From a bacterium (GTDB taxonomy: Bacteria; Verrucomicrobiota; Verrucomicrobiia; Verrucomicrobiales; V1-33), in assembly GCA_031411255.1 (NCBI GenBank), contig JANOAS010000011.1, positions 36,376 through 100,375 of the forward strand: 64,000 bases of DNA, written 5' to 3'. The notes below the pieces were generated by a model. That model did not search any database, was not told where the DNA came from, and saw only the letters and a list, made by a program, of their open reading frames with translations. Made by a program: the position numbers and the translations under genes. This document shows positions 55,746-64,000 of the stretch, piece after piece. How positions within the stretch are numbered: the stretch's first letter is position 1; each line of letters starts with the position of its first letter.

Positions 55746-57310
55746 GGCTGGCCCAGGTGTTTCACCGCTGCTGCGCGAAATTCAGCCGCAGTGGGGGCGT
55801 GGCCGGATTTTTCCCGCGTCTGCGCCACCTCGCGCCGGCCCCATTCCAGAAAGGTGGCGTGGCTCTTGTATACGGGCTGCTTCAGACCACGGTCATCGAT
55901 GAGCCAGAACCCGCGCTGCTTCCCCTCGGGTGTGACCTCGTTGTTAAAAAGCTCCCAATACAGGATGAGTGGGCAGCCCCATTCCAGCCCGGCCTGCAGG
56001 ACCTGGCGCGAGCGCTGGTCCTGCTCCGCCGGGGTATGGTAGACGGTGGGGAAGCCGTACTCGCCAATGAAGACGCGCCGTCCCGTCAGGCCCGGTTTGG
56101 CCGGAAGCTGAGTCTCGATGAACCCGAGCGCCGCCTTGAGCAGGGGGGGCTCGCCCTGCGTGTCGTAGCTGGAGTAGGAGACGAGGTCCACGTTTGCCCC
56201 GGGCAGCACTCGGTTCACCAGGGCCGGGCGGCCGAGCATGGCCAGCTTGACGTGGTTCACTTCCGTGTAGTGCCAGACCTCCACTTTCTCATGAGGCGTG
56301 TCGCGCTTTGCATCATCCACGGCCCGCTGCCGGGTGTTCAGCCAGTCGGCCATGCCCTGTGCGGCGGCGTCCGTGACCCGGGCATCATCCTCCGCGGCCA
56401 CACTGTGGCGGAGAAATCCATCGCCCTCCCAGTGGCCGAGGAGAAAGGTTTTTCCGCTGCCGGCATAGGTCCGCAGCAGATGTGTGGTGAGGTCGTACAT
56501 CTCGCGGTACTCGGCGTCCGCCGCTTCCGTGGAAAAACCCTTGTGCCACTTGTCCTCGCCATGGCAGAAGGTGTGGGACCACAGGACAAAAACCGCGAAC
56601 GGCATGTCCAGCACGCGGCGGTGGGAGGGCTCGTCCCGCGCCAGCGCGGCCAGGGACGTGATGGCTGGTACGTCCGTGGTCACATTTCTCCGCTCGCCGG
56701 CATAGCGCGGGGTCAGTTCAAACTTGATCACCGTGCTCCCCATCGTCCGGATTTCCTCCGCTGTCTCCACCAGCCGGGTCTTTCCGGTGAACTGGTAGGA
56801 GGCGCCAATGGTCTGGGTGCCGATCACGTAGTTGTACCCCGCCGCGTCCGCCGCCGCCCCGGCGAGGGAAAAGGCGGACGGCTCCGGGACGGGTACGATG
56901 CCACCTGTCGGAGCGTATTTTTTCACGAGTGCCGCTGCGGCCACCGGCTCCGCCGCTGCGTGGAGGAGGTTCGCCACGTAGCGCCCCTCGCACTGCCCGC
57001 CGGGTATGGCGTGCTTCGTCCAGTAGTCATTCCAGACGACCTTTTTCCCTGCCAGCACTGACACAGCTCTCGCCAGGTCCGGCGCTGGTTCGAAAACCCC
57101 GGCCAGCTGCATCAGCAAGCCGGCCACCTGCTCCCCATCGCACATTTTTCCCTCTACGGCCTGCTCGCCCCACCCGGCATCTGCCGGCACCACACCAGCC
57201 GCCACCAGCCCCAGCACGTCCAGCCGCAGCCGGGCTTCCGCCTCTCCACCACGACCCTCCCCCGGCAGAGCCAGCACGAAGAGAAAAAGCAATGCGGAAA
57301 ATCGGTTCAT
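55742..57310 (-). CDS. putative secreted glycosyl hydrolase (TIM-barrel-like), function uncertain
   Basis: Signal peptide MNRFSALLFLFVLALP and GH-like segments (FIGEYGFP, LILYWELFNNE). Start at ATG 57310 chosen over the ORF-track extension. Confidence 0.45.
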   Translation of the reverse strand: MNRFSALLFLFVLALPGEGRGGEAEARLRLDVLGLVAAGVVPADAGWGEQAVEGKMCDGEQVAGLLMQLAGVFEPAPDLARAVSVLAGKKVVWNDYWTKHAIPGGQCEGRYVANLLHAAAEPVAAAALVKKYAPTGGIVPVPEPSAFSLAGAAADAAGYNYVIGTQTIGASYQFTGKTRLVETAEEIRTMGSTVIKFELTPRYAGERRNVTTDVPAITSLAALARDEPSHRRVLDMPFAVFVLWSHTFCHGEDKWHKGFSTEAADAEYREMYDLTTHLLRTYAGSGKTFLLGHWEGDGFLRHSVAAEDDARVTDAAAQGMADWLNTRQRAVDDAKRDTPHEKVEVWHYTEVNHVKLAMLGRPALVNRVLPGANVDLVSYSSYDTQGEPPLLKAALGFIETQLPAKPGLTGRRVFIGEYGFPTVYHTPAEQDQRSRQVLQAGLEWGCPLILYWELFNNEVTPEGKQRGFWLIDDRGLKQPVYKSHATFLEWGRREVAQTREKSGHAPTAAEFRAAAVKHLGQP

Positions 57311-57435
57311 GGGAAAGGGGGAAGGGGCCCAACGATTAGGCCCGGCTGTCCAGCTGGTCAAGGGCGCGGCTGGCGTTTGGCCGACGGGTGCTTCACGGTC
57401 TTGCGAGAGTCGAACACCTCGGTTAGGCTCCGCCC

Positions 57436-58041
57436 ATGGGAATCTCAAAACCACAGCCCCGATTGACCGTGGACGAATATTTGCACGGCGAGCCCATGAG
57501 CGAAGTCCGCCACGAGTACGTGGACGGAAGCGTGTTCGCGATGGCGGGAAGCTCGCGAAACCACAACGCCATTGCTCTGAACATCGCGGGTGGGCTCCAG
57601 TCCCGCCTGGGTGAGGGACCATGCCAGACTTTCATTTCTGACGTCAAGGTCCGGGTGCTTGCGTATGGCAAGGATGCCTTCTACTATCCAGATGTCATGG
57701 TCGGTTGCGACCAGCGGGACACGGACCCGCACTACCTCCGCTTTCCGAGGGTCATCGTCGAGGTCCTCTCCCGGAGCACGGAGCGGCTGGACCGGAACGA
57801 AAAATTTCTGCGCTATATCACCATCCCCACTTTGGAAGAGTATTTCCTGGTCGAACAAAGCCGCCCTGCGGTCACCGTTCACCGGCGGCGTTCCGGCTGG
57901 GTGGAGGAGGTTATTGACGATCCGCAGGCCGTCATAAAGATCGAGTCGCTGGGCCTTGAGTTGCCGCTTTCCTCGTTTTACGCCGGGGTGACCCCGGTCG
58001 AGGAGCCCGGTGGGGAAACCCCCAGGGGACACTATGGTTGA
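57436..58041 (+). CDS. Uma2 family (DUF820) PD-(D/E)xK endonuclease
   Basis: 201 aa with Uma2 signatures (VDEYL...HEYVDG, PDVMV, RVIVEVLSRST, D..K). Confidence 0.75.
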   Translation: MGISKPQPRLTVDEYLHGEPMSEVRHEYVDGSVFAMAGSSRNHNAIALNIAGGLQSRLGEGPCQTFISDVKVRVLAYGKDAFYYPDVMVGCDQRDTDPHYLRFPRVIVEVLSRSTERLDRNEKFLRYITIPTLEEYFLVEQSRPAVTVHRRRSGWVEEVIDDPQAVIKIESLGLELPLSSFYAGVTPVEEPGGETPRGHYG

Positions 58042-58077
58042 CGGTTCGGCGGGGTCCCCGGAATCTGAGATACGCCG

Positions 58078-61000
58078 ATGAACCTGCTCATACCCCGACT
58101 CCTTCTCAAAGCTGCGCTCCTTTTTGCAGCCACCGTTCTCCCCTGTGCCGGGGCGGATTTCGCCAAGGACATCCACCCGGTGCTCAAGGAGTACTGCTCC
58201 GGGTGCCACTCGACGGAAAAACACAAAGGGGACCTGGATCTGGAGCGCTTCACTACCCAGGCGGAGGCAGCGAAGCACCCGAAAGTCTGGCAGGGACTGG
58301 TGGAGCAGGTGTCCCTGGGCGAGATGCCGCCGCGGGACAAGCCGCAGCCGACAGCGGAGCAAAAGAACGCGCTCATGGCGTGGTCGCGCGATCTGCTGGA
58401 CGAGATCGCCCGCACGCATGCTGGAGATCCGGGGCCGGTGGTGCTGCGGCGGCTTTCAAATGCCGAGTACAAGTACACGATTCGCGACCTGACGGGTGTG
58501 GAAACGCTGGACCCGGGGCGTGAGTTCCCCGCAGATTCGGCTTCGGGCGAGGGGTTCATGAATGTGGGCAATTCCCTCGTGATGTCGCCCGCCCTGCTTA
58601 CGAAATATCTGGACGCAGCCAAGGACGTGGCCGCGCACGCCGTGCTTCTGCCGGACGGGATGGTCTTTTCCCCCAGCACCTCGGCCCGTGACTGGACGGA
58701 GGAGCGGCTGGCCGGCATACGGGCGCTCTACGGGCAATTCACGGAAAACGGCGGAGGCGCTGCCGTGAACCTCCAGGGCATCAAGTTTGACACGAAGGAC
58801 GGCGGCGTACTGCCGCTGGAAAAATACTTCTCCGCCGTCATCGCCATGCGCGACGGAGGAAAGGCGGACCCGGCTCTGAATGCGAAATACTTCGGCCAGC
58901 TCTGGAGTGTGCTGAATGACCCCGCGCCCTCGCCTCTGCTCGATCTGGTGCGGGCGCAGTGGCGTGCGGCGAAACCCGGAGACGCCGCAGCCCTGGCGGC
59001 CACCGTTCACCAGTGGCAGGCGGCCCTGTGGCGGTTCACCACCGTCGGGCACATCGGGAAACGCGACGGCCCGACGGCCTGGCAGGTGCCGGTCACGCCC
59101 GTGGCGGAGTCGCGCGAGGTGCGGCTGAAGCTGCCCGCCCCCGCTGCGGGGAGCGACGTCACGCTTTTCCTCTCCACCACGGATGCGGGCGACGGCAGAG
59201 AGCATGACGCCGCCGTGTGGGAAAACCCGCGCCTCACTGCGCCGGGCCGGCCGGACCTGCCGCTTCGCAGCATCCGCGCCGTCGTGGCCGCCCTCACCAC
59301 GCAGCGCGGGCAGGTTTTTTCCTCCACGGCCAAAAGCCTCGCCCTCGCCGCCGGTGTCACTGGCCCGCTGAAAAAGGAGGACATCACCCCGCTGGCGGAA
59401 AAGAACGGCATCGCCCCCGCCGCACTCTCAGCATGGCTGGGCTGCCTCGGCATTGGCACGGGGGAGGCGAGGATCGAGTCCTACATCACCCAAAAGACCG
59501 AGACTGCGGAGAAGTATGATTTCATCAAGGGCTGGGCCGGAGCTGATGCGCTGAGCGTGGTGGCCAATTCATCCGACCAGGCCGTGCGCGTTCCCGGAAA
59601 CATGAAGCCCCACAGCGTGGCTGTGCATCCCTCGCCCGCGCGCAGGGTGGTCGTTGGCTGGCGGAGCCCGGTGGCGGGAAAAATGAAGGTCGAGGGCATT
59701 GTCCAGCACGCCCACACCGAGTGCGGGAACGGCGTCGCCTGGGCGCTGGAGCTGCGCCGCGGCGCCAACCGCCAGCGCCTGGCGGCCGGCTTCGCCCAGG
59801 ATGCGAGCGAGGTGAAGGCAGGCCCGCTGGAGAACATCGTTGTTCAACCCGGAGATCTGTTTTCGCTCGTGGTCAGCCCGCGCGATGGCAATCACTCGTG
59901 CGATCTCACGCTGGTGGACCTCACCTTCACAGACGGTGCTTCCACCTGGAACCTCGCGAAGGACGTGTCCCCAAGCATCCTCGCGGGCAATCCCCACGCC
60001 GATTCCCTCGGGCATGAAGGTGTCTGGCATTTCTACAGCGAGCCGGATGCCGAGACCGGCGCCGCACCCGTGCTGCCTGCGGGCTCCCTGCTGGCTCGGT
60101 GGCAGGCCGCCGGCACTGCCGGGGAAAAAGAAGCGCTCGCCCGCGAGCTGGAGCGGCTGCTTCTGGGCGGTCCCGCCTCCCTGGCGAAGGACTCACCCGA
60201 TGCGGCCCTGCACCAGCTGCTCACCTCGCTCACCGGACCGCTGCTCGGAGCGCTCCTGCGGGAGGTGGCGGCGGCACCTCCGGACACTGCCGCGTCGGAA
60301 AGCCCGTGGGGGCTGGATCCGGCGCGCTTCACGGCAGACGGGCTCTGGGTTGCCGCGCCCTCCGTTGTCGAGGTGCGTGTGCCGGCGGATCTCGCCCAGG
60401 GCTGCGAGTTTGTGGCCAATACCACGCTGCAAAAGGACGCCGGCGCGGAGGGCAGCGTCCAGATGTCCGCCTCCACCACGCCGCCCCCGGCTGCCAGCGG
60501 GCTGACGGCGGGCGGGGTGAAGGAAATCGGAGGAAAGTCCACCTGGTCCGACGGTGACCGGCCTGTCGCCTCGGACGCCCCCATCCTCGTGGCGAAGGAC
60601 AGCGCTGCGCGCAAGCGCATCGAGGCCGGCTTCGACGCCTTCCGCCAGATCTTCCCCGCCGCTCTCTGCTACACGAAGATCGTGCCCGTCGACGAGGTCG
60701 TCACCCTCACCCTGAACTACCGCGAGGACGACCACCTCCGCCGCCTCATGCTCGACGACGCGCAGACCGCGCAGCTGGAGCGCCTCTGGAGCGAGCTGCA
60801 CTACGTCAGCCAGGATGCGCTGAAGCTCGTCGACGGCTTCGAGCAGCTCTGGCAGTTCGCCACCCAGGACGCCGACCCCAGCGCCTTCACCCCGATGCGC
60901 GAGCCCATCCGCCTCCGCGCCGAGGCGTTCAAGAAGCTGCTCGTCGACACCCAGCCTGCCCACCTCGACGCCGTGCTCAAGTTTGCCGAATCCGCCTACC

Positions 61001-62211
61001 GCCGCCCGCTCGCGGACGGGGAAAAAGGGGAACTCCGCTCGCTCTACCAGAGACTGCGCGACGAGGAGCTGCCCCACGACCACGCCGTCCGCCTCACCCT
61101 GGCCCGCATCCTTGTTTCGCCCGCCTTCCTCTACCGCACGGAGCAGTCACCCCCCGGTGAAAAACAGGCCCCCGTGGCAGACTGGGAGCTGGCCACCCGC
61201 CTCAGCTACTTTCTCTGGTCCTCCGCGCCGGATGCCACGCTGCGCGCCGCCGCCGCCAATGGCACGCTGCACCAGCCCGATGTCCTCGCCGCCCAGGCCC
61301 GCCGCCTCATGGCCGACCCGCGCTCCCGCCGCCTGGCCACGGAGTTCGCCTGCGCCTGGCTTCACATCTATGAGTTCGACCAGCTCGGGGAAAAGAGCGA
61401 CCGTCATTTCCCCACCTTCACCGCCCTGCGCGGCCCCATGTATGAGGAGACCATCCGCTTCTTCACGGACCTCGTCCAGCACGACGGTTCCGTGCTCGAC
61501 ATCCTGGACGCCGACCACACCTTCCTCACCGAGGAGCTGGCAAAACACTACGGCATCCCCGGCGTCACCGGTCCCGAGTGGCGGCGTGTGGAGGGTGTGA
61601 AGAAATTCGCGCGCGGCGGCATCCTCGGCCAGGCCACCACCCTGGCCAAGCAGTCCGGCGCCTCCCGCACCAGCCCCATCCTGCGCGGAAACTGGGTGGG
61701 CGAAGTCCTCCTCGGTGAAAAACTCCCGCGCCCGCCCAAGGACGTCCCACGCCTGCCCGAGGACGAGGCTGCGGAGACGCTCACCGTGCGCCAGCTCACC
61801 GAAAAGCACTCCACCGATCCCAAGTGCTTCGGCTGCCACCGCCTCATCGACCCGTATGGATTTTCCCTGGAGGCCTTCGACGCCATCGGCCGCCTCCGCG
61901 ATCACGACCTAGGCGGCCGCGCCATCGACACCCGGACACAGGTCCTCGACGGCACCGCTCTCGACGGCCTCCCCGCCCTGCGCGACTACCTCCTCACGAA
62001 ACGCCGCGACACCTTTGTCCGCCAGTTCTGCCGCAAACTCCTCGGCTACTCCCTCGGCCGCGGCGTCCAGCTCTCAGACGCCCCGCTCATTTCAGAAATG
62101 GCCGAACAGCTCAAGTCCCGCGACTACCGCCTCAGCGCCCTCGTCGAGATGATCGTCCGCAGCCGCCAGTTTCAGGACATCCGCGGAAAAGAGATGGCGG
62201 GGGAGGAGTAG
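58078..62211 (+). CDS. PSCyt/PSD-type planctomycete cytochrome-domain protein (DUF1587/1592/1595/1588/1585 architecture)
   Basis: 1377 aa with a signal peptide and CxxCH in the N-terminal PSCyt-like segment (KEYCSGCHSTEKHKGDLDLERF). C-terminal CFGCHRLIDPYGFSLEAFD (DUF1585/1588-like). Family restricted largely to PVC bacteria. Confidence 0.8.
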   Translation: MNLLIPRLLLKAALLFAATVLPCAGADFAKDIHPVLKEYCSGCHSTEKHKGDLDLERFTTQAEAAKHPKVWQGLVEQVSLGEMPPRDKPQPTAEQKNALMAWSRDLLDEIARTHAGDPGPVVLRRLSNAEYKYTIRDLTGVETLDPGREFPADSASGEGFMNVGNSLVMSPALLTKYLDAAKDVAAHAVLLPDGMVFSPSTSARDWTEERLAGIRALYGQFTENGGGAAVNLQGIKFDTKDGGVLPLEKYFSAVIAMRDGGKADPALNAKYFGQLWSVLNDPAPSPLLDLVRAQWRAAKPGDAAALAATVHQWQAALWRFTTVGHIGKRDGPTAWQVPVTPVAESREVRLKLPAPAAGSDVTLFLSTTDAGDGREHDAAVWENPRLTAPGRPDLPLRSIRAVVAALTTQRGQVFSSTAKSLALAAGVTGPLKKEDITPLAEKNGIAPAALSAWLGCLGIGTGEARIESYITQKTETAEKYDFIKGWAGADALSVVANSSDQAVRVPGNMKPHSVAVHPSPARRVVVGWRSPVAGKMKVEGIVQHAHTECGNGVAWALELRRGANRQRLAAGFAQDASEVKAGPLENIVVQPGDLFSLVVSPRDGNHSCDLTLVDLTFTDGASTWNLAKDVSPSILAGNPHADSLGHEGVWHFYSEPDAETGAAPVLPAGSLLARWQAAGTAGEKEALARELERLLLGGPASLAKDSPDAALHQLLTSLTGPLLGALLREVAAAPPDTAASESPWGLDPARFTADGLWVAAPSVVEVRVPADLAQGCEFVANTTLQKDAGAEGSVQMSASTTPPPAASGLTAGGVKEIGGKSTWSDGDRPVASDAPILVAKDSAARKRIEAGFDAFRQIFPAALCYTKIVPVDEVVTLTLNYREDDHLRRLMLDDAQTAQLERLWSELHYVSQDALKLVDGFEQLWQFATQDADPSAFTPMREPIRLRAEAFKKLLVDTQPAHLDAVLKFAESAYRRPLADGEKGELRSLYQRLRDEELPHDHAVRLTLARILVSPAFLYRTEQSPPGEKQAPVADWELATRLSYFLWSSAPDATLRAAAANGTLHQPDVLAAQARRLMADPRSRRLATEFACAWLHIYEFDQLGEKSDRHFPTFTALRGPMYEETIRFFTDLVQHDGSVLDILDADHTFLTEELAKHYGIPGVTGPEWRRVEGVKKFARGGILGQATTLAKQSGASRTSPILRGNWVGEVLLGEKLPRPPKDVPRLPEDEAAETLTVRQLTEKHSTDPKCFGCHRLIDPYGFSLEAFDAIGRLRDHDLGGRAIDTRTQVLDGTALDGLPALRDYLLTKRRDTFVRQFCRKLLGYSLGRGVQLSDAPLISEMAEQLKSRDYRLSALVEMIVRSRQFQDIRGKEMAGEE

Positions 62212-62470
62212 AAGATTTGTATAATTAGAGGGTTAGCGAGGTCAGAGGAGGAGCCAGCGCGCCCGAAGTCGTGTGCCCCGGCTGTGCCCCGAGCCGCCTG
62301 GCCCGTGGTGGGGCACGAGGCGGAGAAGGGGGCGCGCAGAAAGTGGTCCGCACAGTCCCCTGAGCGGTGGCAGCACCGGGGAGAGCAGAGGCACCAGTTC
62401 CACCCCAATCTGCAGAAAAGTAATGGCACGGGAGGAGTGAGGGAGTAGGAAATCTTCCTCCCAAAAAACA

Positions 62471-64000
62471 ATGAACCCCGCCCCGCCCAACTGCCCGGAA
62501 TCCTCCCCCGCAACCGCGACTGACCGCCGCCACGACCTGGATGCGCTGCGGGGTGTGGCCATGCTGCTTGGCATCGTGCTTCATGGTTCGCTGGCCTACA
62601 CCACCTTTTCAGTATGGGCTGTGCACGATGTCAGGACGCATCCGTTTTTTGACACGCTGTTCACGGCCATTCACGGCTTTCGCATGCAGCTTTTCTTTGT
62701 GGTGAGTGGATTTTTCACCGCCATGCTCTGGCGGAAACGGGGGCTGGCGGCCGTCTTCAAGCAACGAGCCCTGCGCATCCTGCTTCCGCTGGCGCTTTTC
62801 GTCGTCCCGCTCCCCTGGCTGAGTGAAAAGGTCATTTCCAGCCTTTACGCGCACGAGGCCGGACAGAGTGCCGCAGTCACCCTCTGGACCGCTGCGCGGG
62901 ACAATGATCTCGCCGCCCTCCAGCGCCAGGCAGCCAGCGGAGCGGACCTGAATGAACGTGACCCGCAGTTTCAGGTCCCGCCGCTGAATTGGGCGGCGCT
63001 GAATGGCAGCCTCGAGGCGGCACAGTGGCTGATCAAGGCGGGGGCGAAAGTTGACGTCGCCTCCAGCGATGATTCCACGCCCCTGAGTCACGCCGCCTTT
63101 ACTGGTCGGGCGGACATCGCTGCGCTGCTCATCGACTGCGGAGCGGCAGTCAACAGCGTGAACCAGCATCAGTCCACTCCGCTGAACAACGCCGGGTCGG
63201 ACTGGGGCGTCGTGGAATGGGTGGCGGGCACCCTGAAACTCAAGGTGGACAAGCCGGCGGTTGAGGCCGGCCATCGTGCGATCATCGCCCTGCTGAAGGA
63301 GCATGGCGGCAAGACCAGGAGTGAGCTTGAGCCCCCGGGTGCTGGTGCAACGAAGCCGGAGGCTGCGCTCGACCCCGTCAGCCGGGCGTATCTGGGCTTC
63401 ACCCGGGCTCCGCTGTTTGGTAAATTCCAAATCTTCGGCCACCTGTGGTTCCTCTGGTTTCTTTGCCTGCTCCTCGTCCCCTTCGGCCTCTACGCCTGGC
63501 TGGTGGCAAAGCTCAACTGGCGCGCTGGTTCGCGCTCCTTGTTTAAGTCTAAGTCCCCGCTTCTGCTGCTCTGGCTTGTTCCATTGGCGATGATTCCGCA
63601 GTGGTTCCACAGCCTGTCCGGCCCGGGATTTGGCCCGGACACCTCCACGGGAGTCTTCCCGCTGCCGCACGTCCTCGCGCTCTACGCTGTTTATTTCTTT
63701 TTCGGCGTCCTCTATTTCGACACCAATGACAGCGAGGCCAGACTCTGCCGGCATTGGTGGCTCATGCTGCCTGTCGCACTGTTCATCGTCTTCCCGCTGG
63801 GAAGGTCCCTGCTCGTCGAGCCGCAGAGCGCCCGGGTCCCGTCCGGCGCGGTGCGTCCGCTCGCCGTTCTGATGCAGGTCCTCTATTCGTGGCTGATGAT
63901 CCTCGGCCTGACCGGCTTTTTCCGAAAAATGTTCACTGCTGAAAACAGGACCGCCCGCTACCTCTCGGATTCTGCCTATTTTCTCTACCTGCTGCACCTG
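62471..64000 (+). CDS. acyltransferase family 3 (OpgC/OafA-like) membrane protein with ankyrin repeats inserted in a loop. 3' end truncated by the window.
   Basis: N-terminal DLDALRGVAMLLGIVLHGSLAY (AT3 signature) with multiple TM helices. Internal ANK repeats (PLNWAALNGSLEAAQWLIKAGAKVDVASSDDSTPLSHAAFTGRADIAALLIDCGAAVN). No stop before the window end. Confidence 0.7.
   Translation, partial: MNPAPPNCPESSPATATDRRHDLDALRGVAMLLGIVLHGSLAYTTFSVWAVHDVRTHPFFDTLFTAIHGFRMQLFFVVSGFFTAMLWRKRGLAAVFKQRALRILLPLALFVVPLPWLSEKVISSLYAHEAGQSAAVTLWTAARDNDLAALQRQAASGADLNERDPQFQVPPLNWAALNGSLEAAQWLIKAGAKVDVASSDDSTPLSHAAFTGRADIAALLIDCGAAVNSVNQHQSTPLNNAGSDWGVVEWVAGTLKLKVDKPAVEAGHRAIIALLKEHGGKTRSELEPPGAGATKPEAALDPVSRAYLGFTRAPLFGKFQIFGHLWFLWFLCLLLVPFGLYAWLVAKLNWRAGSRSLFKSKSPLLLLWLVPLAMIPQWFHSLSGPGFGPDTSTGVFPLPHVLALYAVYFFFGVLYFDTNDSEARLCRHWWLMLPVALFIVFPLGRSLLVEPQSARVPSGAVRPLAVLMQVLYSWLMILGLTGFFRKMFTAENRTARYLSDSAYFLYLLHL

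Noticed and set aside
62255-62320. Imperfect inverted repeat (gtgcccc ... ggggcac) after the DUF1592 gene
   Set aside because: Long loop and no downstream T-run. Not a convincing intrinsic terminator. Could be coincidental in GC-rich sequence.
62609-63997. 462-aa minus-strand ORF
   Set aside because: Antisense to the acyltransferase-3/ANK gene, which has clear family signatures.

Overview
This is a high-GC (roughly 65%) chromosomal segment. The gene content points to a Verrucomicrobiota/Planctomycetota-type organism: a PSCyt/DUF1592-type planctomycete cytochrome-domain protein, two formylglycine-type sulfatases with glycoside hydrolases, a BatA-like vWA/PA14 protein and a giant CotH/lamin-tail surface protein. 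Housekeeping genes include argJ-argB-argF, pbpC, a class A PBP, uvrD/pcrA, uppS, an NtrC-family sigma-54 activator, aroK, queG, dapF-dapA and MFS transporters. The standout feature is a roughly 3.4 kb island of markedly lower GC (about 48%, judged by eye) at 20113-23535. It carries a single 782-aa gene that fuses an N-terminal SIR2-like NAD-binding domain to a complete C-terminal SAMHD1/dGTPase-like HD dNTP-triphosphohydrolase core. The island is flanked by 328-bp imperfect direct repeats (about 95% identical) that duplicate the 5' end of a FAD-dependent oxidoreductase gene. I interpret this as a horizontally acquired, possibly undescribed single-protein anti-phage defence gene that would deplete both NAD+ and dNTPs. 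Other accessory content includes a nucleotidyltransferase-fold pair just beyond the island, a low-GC hicAB module, a frameshifted Mrr-type restriction nuclease gene, a Uma2 endonuclease, an acyltransferase-3 with embedded ankyrin repeats, and a 34-nt element repeated at the 5' ends of two adjacent genes. No tRNA, rRNA or CRISPR array was recognised. Many long ORFs on the strand opposite real genes are GC-driven artefacts.
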